Of a stretch of DNA of 64,000 nt, positions 1 through 9,311 are shown piece by piece (position 1 is the stretch's first letter; each line of letters begins with the position of its first letter). Made by a program: the position numbers and the translations under genes. The notes beneath the pieces are model-generated. The model was not told where the DNA came from, did not search any database, and worked only from the letters and a program-made list of their open reading frames with translations. The DNA is from an uncultured Petrimonas sp. (lineage in GTDB: Bacteria > Bacteroidota > Bacteroidia > Bacteroidales > Dysgonomonadaceae): assembly GCA_964557135.1 (NCBI GenBank), contig CAZKZB010000008.1, positions 14,779-78,778 on the forward strand, in the 5' to 3' direction.

Positions 1-147
1 ACTTGTTTGTAAAAATTAATTTAAAACTTTTTGGGTTGCAAAGATACATCTATTTTTTTAGACTACAAACAGTTTAGATTAATATTTAACGATGCGATTT
101 ATGAACTCACAGACATAAAGCATCCGTTACCTTTCACCGGTCACCCG

Positions 148-1419
148 TCAATCTCCTCTTCTCATCAATTTCCCGCTCAATCTCTTTATGGCGTTAGAGA
201 TTTCAATATCGGGTTCAATCACGTTGTAATCGCCCCAAAACTCAGGGTCCTGAAAGTGCTCAACTTTCTCCGCGATAACATCGGTAGAACGAATACGTTC
301 ACTTCTCGGGAACTTATTCACGCTCTCATGATACCTGTCGGTAATGGCCATTTCGGAAGCAATGGTATAGTTCGTAGCGAAAAGTCCGAAAAACCGGTTA
401 GTCCACCGCACCCGAAACTTTACTTCAGTACTGCTATAGTTAAAAAACCACTTTCCGTTGTTTTCTATGAAATCAGACACATAACGCGCCTCTTCCACAT
501 CCACTCTCATTTTTGCGGGTTTTCGGCGAATAAAAATATTGGAAGCATCTTTCCGTCCTTCGACATTCATATTGAATTCCATGCGAGCAATAGCCAACGA
601 TGCAGCATCTAAATAAACTTTTCCCCTGAATAAAATTTCCTTGATGCCGTCTTGTGGTGAAAAATTAATTTCATAATGCGGCTTATTGTTAATGTTTATC
701 ATTCTTTCTATATTGAAAACATATTCATCTCCCCGCTCTCCGAAAACAATTTCGGGATTTTTCACCACATCGAGCATAAGTGCCGTACTGATTCCGCCTT
801 GAAATTTCATTAAAACGGTATCTCGCGGCGAAATATCGGTAGCTTTCCGCCCAATGTAAATCTTTGCCTGATCGTTTTCGTACGAACGATACGACGATTT
901 GTAAACATCCAAAACAGCTTCAACCAACGAAATATAATTCGCGTTCTTCTTTATCGATTCCCGATAAAACGACACCATCATGTTGGGGTCGGTAGAGTAA
1001 TTTTGCGGAATCTTGCGCAACGCTTCGCGCATTAACTCACTACCGTCGCCCGAAACAACTTCAAGCGCCCCTAAATGTATCGAAGACGGAACCAGCATAA
1101 TATGGTTGTTAGGCTTATCTATCAGCGTAACTATCGGTATTTCCATGTTTTCATAGCCTAAATACCGGATAATCAGCTTCGAATTTCTTGCCGATGCAGG
1201 AACCCTTAGCGTAAAATAACCATCCTGATTAGTGACGCTCGAAATATTTAAATTCCCAACCGTTATGCTCGCGTTGGGCAAGGGGTCGCGAGTATCTCCG
1301 CCCAAAACTCGTCCACGCAGCGTATGAGGCTGTGACTGTGAAACATCGGTTTCATTGCCCAAAAGCGTGAAACTACAAAGAAACAGCAACAGCAAGTTAA
1401 TAACGATATATTTTTTCAT
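148..1419 (-). CDS. Secreted carboxypeptidase-regulatory-like (CarboxypepD_reg) domain protein, function unknown
   Basis: 423-aa ORF with an N-terminal signal peptide (MKKYIVINLLLLFLCSF). LRGRVLGGDTRDPLPNASITV...TNQDGYFTLRV fits the prealbumin-like CarboxypepD_reg signature. The rest is unassigned. Confidence 0.6.
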   Translation of the reverse strand: MKKYIVINLLLLFLCSFTLLGNETDVSQSQPHTLRGRVLGGDTRDPLPNASITVGNLNISSVTNQDGYFTLRVPASARNSKLIIRYLGYENMEIPIVTLIDKPNNHIMLVPSSIHLGALEVVSGDGSELMREALRKIPQNYSTDPNMMVSFYRESIKKNANYISLVEAVLDVYKSSYRSYENDQAKIYIGRKATDISPRDTVLMKFQGGISTALMLDVVKNPEIVFGERGDEYVFNIERMININNKPHYEINFSPQDGIKEILFRGKVYLDAASLAIARMEFNMNVEGRKDASNIFIRRKPAKMRVDVEEARYVSDFIENNGKWFFNYSSTEVKFRVRWTNRFFGLFATNYTIASEMAITDRYHESVNKFPRSERIRSTDVIAEKVEHFQDPEFWGDYNVIEPDIEISNAIKRLSGKLMRRGD

Positions 1420-1631
1420 TGATTTGGTGGATTTTTAAATTGTTTATTTACATAACTCTATATACTATACAAAGTAAATATTTTTACCGAAAAAATCAAA
1501 CTTAAACACAAGGTTTTAACTATTATTTCAGAATGAAAATCACCCCACTTTTCCATTTAAATGGAAAGATGGAACAAATTCTAAACTTTAATACCTAAAT
1601 TTGTGTTGAAAAGAAAAATTCTAACGAGAGA

Positions 1632-3212
1632 ATGGCTCATAAATACGACTTTCTAATCATCGGATCGGGCATTGCAGGAATGAGTTATGCCCTTAAAGTT
1701 GCACAGCACGGCAAGGTGGCGATAATTGCCAAGACAACGCTCGAAGACGCCAATACTTATTACGCGCAGGGCGGAATTGCATCGGTAACAAACTCCTGGG
1801 ACAATTTTGAAAAGCACATTGCCGACACACTGGATGCAGGAGCGGGGCTGTGTGATATTGACGTAGTTAAACGGGTAGTGCAAGAAGCTCCCAAACAGAT
1901 TAACGAATTGATTAACTGGGGTGTAAACTTCGATAAAGATGAAAAAGGAAATTTCGACCTGCATCGCGAAGGCGGCCATTCCGAATTTCGTATCCTGCAT
2001 TACAAAGACAGTACCGGCGCCGAAATTCAAACCAGTTTGATAGAAACCATCCGCAACCATCCCAACATAGATGTTTTCGACAATCATTTCACGATAGAAA
2101 TCCTTACCCAACACCATTTAGGCCAGATTGTAACCCGACACACACCCGATATTGAATGTTACGGTGCATACATTTTGGATTTACAAACCAACGAGGTGCT
2201 TACTTTTCTGTCGCGTGTAACCATGATGGCTACCGGCGGCATTGGCTGCATTTATCAAACCACCACAAACCCGTTGGTAGCAACCGGTGACGGAATTGCC
2301 ATGGTAGCGCGCGCTAAAGGTGAGATAAAAGGAATGGAGTTCGTACAATTTCACCCAACGGCGTTGTACCATCCGGGTGTACGCCCATCTTTTCTCATCA
2401 CCGAAGCCATGCGCGGATACGGAGGTATTCTGAAAACGAAAGACGGCGAAGAGTTCATGCACAAATACGACGAACGCCTTTCGCTGGCTCCGCGCGATAT
2501 TGTTGCCCGCGCCATCGATACGGAAATGAAAAACCGGGGAGACGACCACGTTTATTTAGACGTAACACACAAGGACGCCGAAGAAACCAAAAAGCATTTT
2601 CCAACTATTTATGAAAAATGCCTGTCGCTCGGTATTGATATTACCTGCGATATGATTCCGGTTGCTCCGGCAGCCCATTATCTGTGCGGCGGAATTTTTG
2701 TGAACATCGACGGTGAAACCAGCATCAGCCGGCTGTACGCCAACGGCGAATGCGCCTGCACAGGTCTGCACGGTGCTAATCGCTTAGCATCAAATTCGCT
2801 GATAGAAGCGGTGGTTTTTGCCGATTCGGCCGCCAAACATTCTATTCCTACCTTCAAAAATTATTCGTTTCAGGAGAATATTCCCGATTGGAATGCCGAA
2901 GGCGCCACTTCCACCGAAGAGATGGTGCTTATTACGCAAAGCTACAAGGAGGTGGGGCAAATCATGTCGTCTTACGTGGGCATTGTCCGTTCCGATATCC
3001 GCTTGCAGCGAGCAATGAACAGATTGAACATTTTGTTTAGGGAAACCGAAAACTTGTTTCAGCGTTCAGTCGTTTCACATGAAATCTGCGAGCTCCGAAA
3101 CATTATAAAAGTAGGATATATGGTGATTAAGCAGGCCATGGCACGCAAAGAGAGCCGTGGATTGCATTATACTATTGATTATCCCGATAAAGACCCGAAT
3201 TCTGTATTGTAA
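1632..3212 (+). CDS. nadB: L-aspartate oxidase
   Basis: 526-aa ORF with an FAD-binding N-terminus DFLIIGSGIAGMSYAL. It has the succinate dehydrogenase/fumarate reductase flavoprotein-like core and the C-terminal ESRGLHY motif typical of NadB. Confidence 0.9.
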   Translation: MAHKYDFLIIGSGIAGMSYALKVAQHGKVAIIAKTTLEDANTYYAQGGIASVTNSWDNFEKHIADTLDAGAGLCDIDVVKRVVQEAPKQINELINWGVNFDKDEKGNFDLHREGGHSEFRILHYKDSTGAEIQTSLIETIRNHPNIDVFDNHFTIEILTQHHLGQIVTRHTPDIECYGAYILDLQTNEVLTFLSRVTMMATGGIGCIYQTTTNPLVATGDGIAMVARAKGEIKGMEFVQFHPTALYHPGVRPSFLITEAMRGYGGILKTKDGEEFMHKYDERLSLAPRDIVARAIDTEMKNRGDDHVYLDVTHKDAEETKKHFPTIYEKCLSLGIDITCDMIPVAPAAHYLCGGIFVNIDGETSISRLYANGECACTGLHGANRLASNSLIEAVVFADSAAKHSIPTFKNYSFQENIPDWNAEGATSTEEMVLITQSYKEVGQIMSSYVGIVRSDIRLQRAMNRLNILFRETENLFQRSVVSHEICELRNIIKVGYMVIKQAMARKESRGLHYTIDYPDKDPNSVL

Positions 3213-3214
3213 CA

Positions 3215-4063
3215 ATGAAAAAATTCATCAACATAAACGGCAAGTTGCTCGACCTATCCACACCGTTGGTGATGGGAATATTGAATGTTACGCCCGACTC
3301 GTTTTATTCCGGAAGCCGAAAACAGTCGGAAGCGGAGATTGCTGAAAGAGCCCGGCAAATATTGTCCGAAGGCGGCAGCGTTATCGATATCGGCGGGCAA
3401 TCTACGGCACCATCGGCGCCACTTCATTCCGCGCTGGAAGAGTTCGAGCGAGTGGAGCCTGCGCTTAAACTCATTCGAAAAGAATTTCCCGATGCCATCC
3501 TTTCCATCGACACGTTTTATTCGGAAGTGGCAAAGCAAGCGGTGGAAAAATACGGAGTAAACATCATCAACGATATTTCGGGCGGGCAAATAGACGACAA
3601 CATGTTCGAAACCGTTGCCCGGCTCAACGTTCCGTATATTCTCATGCACATGCGCGGAACACCCCAAACCATGCAGCAATTTACCGATTACGACAATTTT
3701 ATTCAGGATATCTTGTACTATTTCTCCGAGAGAATCGCGAAATTAAATCTGCTGGGAGTAAACGATATCATCATCGATCCGGGATTTGGATTCAGCAAAA
3801 CTACAGAACAGAACTACCGATTGATGGCTTATTTAAAATATTTTGATACCTTTGATGTTCCGATATTAGTTGGCATATCCCGAAAATCGATGATTTATAA
3901 ACTGTTGGGATGCACAGCGCAGGAAAGCTTGAATGGAACATCGGTTTTAAATACATTTTCCCTGTTATCGGGAGCTAATATTTTGCGCGTTCACGATGTG
4001 AAAGCGGCGATGGAATGTGTGAAAATTGTGGACAAAATAAAACAATCGGAACAGGAACAGTAA
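3215..4063 (+). CDS. folP: Dihydropteroate synthase
   Basis: 282-aa ORF with pterin-binding motifs GILNVTPDSFYSG, IDIGGQST and DPGFGF. It starts 3 nt after the nadB stop. Confidence 0.9.
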   Translation: MKKFININGKLLDLSTPLVMGILNVTPDSFYSGSRKQSEAEIAERARQILSEGGSVIDIGGQSTAPSAPLHSALEEFERVEPALKLIRKEFPDAILSIDTFYSEVAKQAVEKYGVNIINDISGGQIDDNMFETVARLNVPYILMHMRGTPQTMQQFTDYDNFIQDILYYFSERIAKLNLLGVNDIIIDPGFGFSKTTEQNYRLMAYLKYFDTFDVPILVGISRKSMIYKLLGCTAQESLNGTSVLNTFSLLSGANILRVHDVKAAMECVKIVDKIKQSEQEQ

Positions 4064-4069
4064 TTCATT

Positions 4070-4834
4070 ATGTTTGAACACTTTGGAATAAAAGATTTTA
4101 TTGACATTTTACTGTTAGCTACACTTTTGTACTACTTGTTTAAAATGGTAAGAATTTCGGGAATGCGTCCGCTTTTCGTCGGCATTGTCATATTCCTGAT
4201 AATCTGGGTGTTAGTCTCACAGGTATTCGAAATGGTTCTGTTAGGCTCTATACTCGACCAGTTTGTCAACATCGGTCTTATCTTGCTGGTCATTCTTTTT
4301 CAGGATGAAATCCGGCGATTTCTCATGTCAATGGGCTCAAAAAAAGGGTGGAAATTCGCAGCTAAACTGCTTATCCCCAATCATAAACAGGACAAGGACA
4401 CATCGCACGTCACCTCCATCGTGTTGGCTTGCATGAACATGGCGAAATCAAAAGTCGGTGCACTTATCGTAATCCAAGGCGACATACAGCTTAGCTTGTA
4501 CGAGCAAACAGGTGAAATTATCAGTGCCGATATTTCATCGCGGCTGATAGAAAATATCTTTTTCAAAAACAGTCCGTTACACGATGGAGCCATGATAATT
4601 GTAGGTAAAAAAATTAAAGCCGCAGGCTGTATCCTGCCTATTTCGCAAAATCCCAATATCCCTAAACATCTGGGATTGAGGCATCGCTCGGGGTTGGGAA
4701 TCACGCAAGAAACCGACGCCAAGGTGATTATCGTATCGGAAGAAACCGGAAAAATAACTTTCGCACAAGAAGGCCGACTGAAAATAAACGTAAATCCCGA
4801 AGAGTTACAGGAGTTGATTTTAGCAGATTCATAG
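4070..4834 (+). CDS. cdaA: Diadenylate cyclase (c-di-AMP synthase), membrane-anchored CdaA type
   Basis: 254-aa ORF with three N-terminal TM helices and DAC-domain motifs PLHDGAMII and GLRHRSGLG. The folP-cdaA synteny is common. Confidence 0.85.
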   Translation: MFEHFGIKDFIDILLLATLLYYLFKMVRISGMRPLFVGIVIFLIIWVLVSQVFEMVLLGSILDQFVNIGLILLVILFQDEIRRFLMSMGSKKGWKFAAKLLIPNHKQDKDTSHVTSIVLACMNMAKSKVGALIVIQGDIQLSLYEQTGEIISADISSRLIENIFFKNSPLHDGAMIIVGKKIKAAGCILPISQNPNIPKHLGLRHRSGLGITQETDAKVIIVSEETGKITFAQEGRLKINVNPEELQELILADS

Positions 4835-4887
4835 ATAGCAGGTAACAGATAACATACAATATCCGACTTTCAACTTCATACAAATAA

Positions 4888-6000
4888 ATGATTCTAACCC
4901 ATTTATCCATCATAAATTACAAAAACCTCGCGCAGGTAGAGCTCGAACTGTCGCCTAAAATCAATTGTTTTGTGGGCAACAACGGCATGGGCAAAACCAA
5001 CCTGTTAGACGCGGTTTATTACCTGTCATTTTGCCGCAGCTATACCAACCCCATCGACTCGCAAATTATCAACCACGATGCCGATGTTTGCATGATTCAG
5101 GGCAAGTATGAGTTTGAAAACGGAAACGAGGAGGAGATTTATTGCGGTTTGCGCCGGCGCCAGAAGAAACAGTTTAAGCGCAACAAAAAAGAGTACGAAA
5201 AACTATCCGACCATATCGGATTTATTCCGCTGGTGATGATTTCGCCGGCCGATATCGAGATAATTCAGGGCGCGAGCGAAGAGCGCCGTAAGTTTATGGA
5301 CATTGCCATTTCGCAATTCGATAAAAGCTACATGCAGGCGCTTATCCGCTACAACAACGCTCTGCAGCAACGCAACGCGATATTAAAAATGGACGACAAC
5401 GAAATCGATTTCACGCTGTTGGAACTTTGGGAAGAACGAATGGCGGACGACGGGGAGTTGATTTTTAGAAAGCGGAGCGCTTTTGTGGAAGCCTTTACGC
5501 CCATTTTCGACGGATTTTACAAGCGCATTAGCCTGTCGGGCGAAAACGTATCGTTTAATTACGTTTCGCAGCTTGCCGATCGGGATTTCGCGGCGCGACT
5601 GCGCGAAACCCGCCGCCGCGATATTGCCATCGGGCACACCACAACCGGCGTACACCGCGACGAATTGGAGATGCTGTTGGATGGCTTCCCCATCAAGAAA
5701 ACCGGTTCGCAAGGGCAAAACAAAACCTATTTCGTCTCCATGAAACTGGCGCAGTTTCACTATTTGCTCAAAACCGGCGGGCGAACGCCCATATTGTTGT
5801 TAGACGATATTTTCGACCGACTGGACGCCAATCGGGTGGAAGAGATTGTAAAACTGGTGGCTAGCGACGAGTTCGGGCAGATTTTCATTTCCGATACCAA
5901 CCGCGAGTCGTTCGACAAGATTTTAAGCCGTGTCAACAACAGTTATCATATTTATTCGGTTGCCGATGGAGAGGTTTTTAGAATGACAGATGACGGATGA
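4888..6000 (+). CDS. recF: DNA replication/repair protein RecF
   Basis: 370-aa ORF with Walker A GNNGMGKTNLLDA, an SMC-like signature and Walker B LLLDDIFDRLD. It ends in TGA. Confidence 0.9.
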   Translation: MILTHLSIINYKNLAQVELELSPKINCFVGNNGMGKTNLLDAVYYLSFCRSYTNPIDSQIINHDADVCMIQGKYEFENGNEEEIYCGLRRRQKKQFKRNKKEYEKLSDHIGFIPLVMISPADIEIIQGASEERRKFMDIAISQFDKSYMQALIRYNNALQQRNAILKMDDNEIDFTLLELWEERMADDGELIFRKRSAFVEAFTPIFDGFYKRISLSGENVSFNYVSQLADRDFAARLRETRRRDIAIGHTTTGVHRDELEMLLDGFPIKKTGSQGQNKTYFVSMKLAQFHYLLKTGGRTPILLLDDIFDRLDANRVEEIVKLVASDEFGQIFISDTNRESFDKILSRVNNSYHIYSVADGEVFRMTDDG

Positions 6001-6044
6001 TAGGAGGCAGAAGGCAGGAGACTGAAACCGTCTGATCGATATTT

Positions 6045-6074
6045 GAAGATGGAAGATGGAAGACCGAAGACCGA
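6045..6074. repeat. Heptamer tandem repeats GAAGATG x2 and GAAGACC x2
   Basis: Read directly in the recF-DUF721 spacer. Confidence 0.8.
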
Positions 6075-6142
6075 TGTTGGATGTAAAAATCCGCTCAACT
6101 CGCAACACATTGGGGCGAAACGGAAATCCCGCCCAGCGGGAC

Positions 6143-6170
6143 AACCCGTAACCCGTAACTCGTAACCCGC
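6143..6170. repeat. Heptamer tandem repeat AACCCGT x4 (one unit AACTCGT, the last AACCCGC)
   Basis: Read directly in the recF-DUF721 spacer. Confidence 0.8.
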
Positions 6171-6172
6171 TT

Positions 6173-6466
6173 ATGATCAAAAAAAATGCCCAACTGCTGG
6201 GTAACATACTTTCCGATTTTTTCGATGAAAACCCCGCGCTCAAAACATCCGTGGCGGAGCATCGTGCCGTTACGGCGTGGCGCGAGCTGCTGGGCGAGGG
6301 CGTTTCGCACTACACCAAAAACGTATATTTCAAGCGTGGCGCGCTGCACGTACAACTCGCGTCGTCGGTATTGCGCGCCGAACTTATCATGAACAAACAG
6401 AATCTGATAGACAAATTAAACGAGCACGCGGGCATGGAAATTGTGCGCGATATTGTGTTTAGGTGA
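6173..6466 (+). CDS. DUF721-like small protein (commonly follows recF)
   Basis: 97-aa ORF directly downstream of recF. The AWRELLGEGVSHYT / VQLASSVLRAELIMNKQNLIDKLN pattern resembles the DUF721 family. The name is from memory. Confidence 0.55.
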   Translation: MIKKNAQLLGNILSDFFDENPALKTSVAEHRAVTAWRELLGEGVSHYTKNVYFKRGALHVQLASSVLRAELIMNKQNLIDKLNEHAGMEIVRDIVFR

Positions 6467-6634
6467 TGATTCGGTTCCGAGGTACTAAGTGAGGCGGAGA
6501 ATTGTTCACTGCCGCATCTGGCCGATTACCGGCCTGATGCATGAAAATGGGGGTAGGTGACCGATGACAGAAGTCCGGTGACGGAAATAGGCCGACCTTT
6601 GGTGCGATTTTTTCAAAGAGGTGGTCACGGTTTG

Positions 6635-6677
6635 AGGAAACCTTTGTCAAAGTTTGGAACTTTGACAAAGGTTTCCT
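6635..6677. repeat. Perfect 20-bp-stem palindrome (AGGAAACCTTTGTCAAAGTT-tgg-AACTTTGACAAAGGTTTCCT)
   Basis: Read directly in the convergent spacer between the DUF721 gene and the OM protein gene. No flanking T-run. Confidence 0.85.
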
Positions 6678-6806
6678 TATCGTTTCAACAGCCCTCGCGC
6701 GCGAGTTTCGAAGCGCGTGTGTTGCGAAGCAAAAAACGCCTCTTGGCAGACAGCTTTACAAAAGTGCATCGACGGGAAGACAAAGGATTGGTGAAAATAG
6801 AAAAAA

Positions 6807-7478
6807 TCAGAAAAATGCCGAAACTCCCAAGAAAACGCCCTTCGGATACGGTGAATTGGTCTGCTGTGCCAAGTCATAATTCAGGGTAATATGCGAGCGC
6901 CCTAACCTAAGTCCGGCTCCTACCACCATAGACGGTACCCAACCGTTGGTCTTTCGAGGATCGTCTACCGAGCCTTCCTTTCTATACGTTGACCACAGAT
7001 AATTAATTTCGGGCTGTGCGAACACCGCTATAAAACTCGCCGGATAAGCATAACCGAAAACATTGGTGCCCAACAAGTGGTTTTTGTACAAATATTCTTC
7101 GTTTAACTGATATGCACGTACTTTGTTGTAGTAATATTTCACGCCTGCGCCGGCCATAAAATAATTGCTAAACTGATAACCTACCTGCGGTCCCAATACC
7201 AAAACGGTGTAGTTTCTGCTTAACGATAATCCGAGATTCGCGCCAAAACGCATTTTTCGTTTGTCGAATTTGAAGCCCGATGTAGGCTGATTGTCCAAAA
7301 GTATGGGTCGGTTGTTTCTCTCTCGCGCGGGCTGCTGCCGTTGCACGGTTTGCTGTTGTCGGTTTCTGTGGATATTCCGCTCGTCGCCGGGCGAAACGCG
7401 GATGGTGTCGTACGTGATTACCTGAGCCGCAGCTATAATCGGAAAACTGAATAGTAAAAGAAGAAATATTTTTTTCAT
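6807..7478 (-). CDS. Putative outer-membrane beta-barrel protein
   Basis: 223-aa ORF with signal peptide MKKIFLLLLFSFPIIAAAQ and a Q/R-rich linker. Alternating hydrophobic beta-strand pattern follows, ending in an aromatic residue (SAFF). Confidence 0.5.
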   Translation of the reverse strand: MKKIFLLLLFSFPIIAAAQVITYDTIRVSPGDERNIHRNRQQQTVQRQQPARERNNRPILLDNQPTSGFKFDKRKMRFGANLGLSLSRNYTVLVLGPQVGYQFSNYFMAGAGVKYYYNKVRAYQLNEEYLYKNHLLGTNVFGYAYPASFIAVFAQPEINYLWSTYRKEGSVDDPRKTNGWVPSMVVGAGLRLGRSHITLNYDLAQQTNSPYPKGVFLGVSAFF

Positions 7479-7665
7479 AGGATTTGGGTTTAATCTTTAC
7501 TGACAAAATAACAGTTCTGTCGTTAAAATGTTCTTTTCTGATTATGTAAATATCTTTATTACGACGCTCAACAAAAAGAAAGGTTTAAAACGCGATTTTG
7601 GTTAATGAAATAAATAAACAGAACAACACGGGCATTGCTCAAAACAACACGAACCTTTTTATCTT

Positions 7666-9195
7666 CTACTTTATTTCATCGGGCCATGGACATACTTTTC
7701 CCGTTACTTTGAACGTCGGACGCTGTGCTTTTACTTTCCGCAAATAGTTGCTTAACTCTTTCGAAAGTATTTTCACCAACTGCTGATTCGAGGACGCTAA
7801 ATCCCGCGTCTCGCCAATATCGCTTGCAATATTGAAGAGCTCTCGCTTACCCGTTTCATAATAATATACCAATTTCCAGTCGCCATTGCGAATAGCGCTG
7901 GCTGTTCCGATTCCCGGCCCGTTGTTTCCCCAGAGATTGGGAAAATGCCATATCAAACTGCGGTTTTTATAGCTTGAACGACCTTCTAAAAGCATCGGCA
8001 CAAAACTTTTGCCGTCAATCGGCTGTTTGGTCTTGTAATTTTTCACTTGCGCCATTTCAAGCAGCGAAGGAAAATGGTCTTCGATTATCGTGTAAGCATC
8101 ACAGCGAGATCCCGCCTTTACTTTTCCTGTCCATTTAACAATCATCGGTTCACGAATTCCGCCTTCGTACATCGAACCTTTACCACTGTTGAGCGGCGCA
8201 TTATGCGTGTGAAGCGGTAAGTCGCGCCATCCCGAATCAGACGATAAACCGCCGTTGTCGCCCATAAAAACGATGATGGTGTTTTCATCAAGCTCGTTTT
8301 CTTTAAGCCAATCCATCAGGTCTCCCAGACTCTTATCCATTCCTTCAATCAGCGAGGCATATCCGGCTTCTTTTTCCGATAATCCCGCATCCCTGTATTT
8401 TTGATAAAACCGCATATCCTTATCCACCGGAATGTGAACGGCATAATGCGACATATAAAGGAAAAACGGTTGATTGAGTCGCTTGGCTTTATCGAGTGCT
8501 TTTACGGCTTCCAGCGTAAGTGCTTCGGTAGCGAAAGTGTCGGTTCCCCAATAATCTTTTAGTCCCGGTACGGCTTGCAGCGGATTTGGTTTTCCATCGG
8601 TTCGATTACCATAATTCTGTTCTCCAAGATAACTGGCAATACCGCCGCCAGCGTGTCCGGCAATATTTACCTCAAAACCAAAATGATACGGATTTTCTCC
8701 CGGCGTATCGATAGCTCCCCAGTGCGCTTTACCGCAATGAATGGTATGATAACCGCTGTCTTTAAGAAGTTGCGCCAGTGAAGTAACCTCGTAAGTAGCA
8801 GGCACATTGGGAATTTGACAAATGCCGTTTACATTCCATTCGGGGAAGTGCAACACATGGCTCTTCTCGTCAGTCGACCTGTTTTTTTGCAACGTCCAGT
8901 TGGTCACCCGATGGCGAGCAGCATTCATTCCCGTCATTAAACTCACGCGTGTGGGCGAACTAACAGGACAGGCATACGCCTGAGTAAACATCATTCCTTC
9001 CGCAGCCAGCCGCTCCATATTGGGAGTGTGATATCTTTCGTTCAGTGGCGTTTTCTCTTTCCAAAACGGAAGCGAAGTATCCTGCCAACCCATATCGTCC
9101 ACAAGAAAATAGATGATATTGGGACGCGTGTCGGTGGTTTGCGCCGAAATGGCTAACGGGGAAAGCAAAAATGGAATGATGTGAACTTTTTTCAT
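7666..9195 (-). CDS. Sulfatase (arylsulfatase family), Ser at the formylglycine position
   Basis: 509-aa ORF with a signal peptide and the metal-binding start FLVDDMGWQD. The sulfatase signature reads S-S-P-T-R followed by VSLMTG (nt 8947-8961). The C-terminal sulfatase fold carries GDNGG. Confidence 0.85.
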   Translation of the reverse strand: MKKVHIIPFLLSPLAISAQTTDTRPNIIYFLVDDMGWQDTSLPFWKEKTPLNERYHTPNMERLAAEGMMFTQAYACPVSSPTRVSLMTGMNAARHRVTNWTLQKNRSTDEKSHVLHFPEWNVNGICQIPNVPATYEVTSLAQLLKDSGYHTIHCGKAHWGAIDTPGENPYHFGFEVNIAGHAGGGIASYLGEQNYGNRTDGKPNPLQAVPGLKDYWGTDTFATEALTLEAVKALDKAKRLNQPFFLYMSHYAVHIPVDKDMRFYQKYRDAGLSEKEAGYASLIEGMDKSLGDLMDWLKENELDENTIIVFMGDNGGLSSDSGWRDLPLHTHNAPLNSGKGSMYEGGIREPMIVKWTGKVKAGSRCDAYTIIEDHFPSLLEMAQVKNYKTKQPIDGKSFVPMLLEGRSSYKNRSLIWHFPNLWGNNGPGIGTASAIRNGDWKLVYYYETGKRELFNIASDIGETRDLASSNQQLVKILSKELSNYLRKVKAQRPTFKVTGKVCPWPDEIK

Positions 9196-9311
9196 TTGCT
9201 TAGCTGATTCTTAAAGCGTCTAAAAACATCGGTGTTGAACGATAATAAAAATGCAGAATGACAGATAACAATCTTTTCAAAAAATCAAATTTCCGCCTAC
9301 TGTAACATTGT

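Noticed and set aside
31-612. 193-aa plus-strand ORF at the left edge
   Set aside because: It overlaps the 3' half of the 148-1419 minus-strand gene, which has a signal peptide and a recognisable domain. It is likely spurious.
1550-1567. 18-nt perfect palindrome TTTCCATTTAAATGGAAA in the divergent nadB promoter region
   Set aside because: It could be an operator, but I cannot tie it to any known regulator motif, and AT-rich palindromes are common in such regions.
6557-6889. 110-aa ORF across the convergent spacer
   Set aside because: It is built from the palindromic and REP-like sequences and overlaps the 3' end of the opposite-strand OM protein gene.
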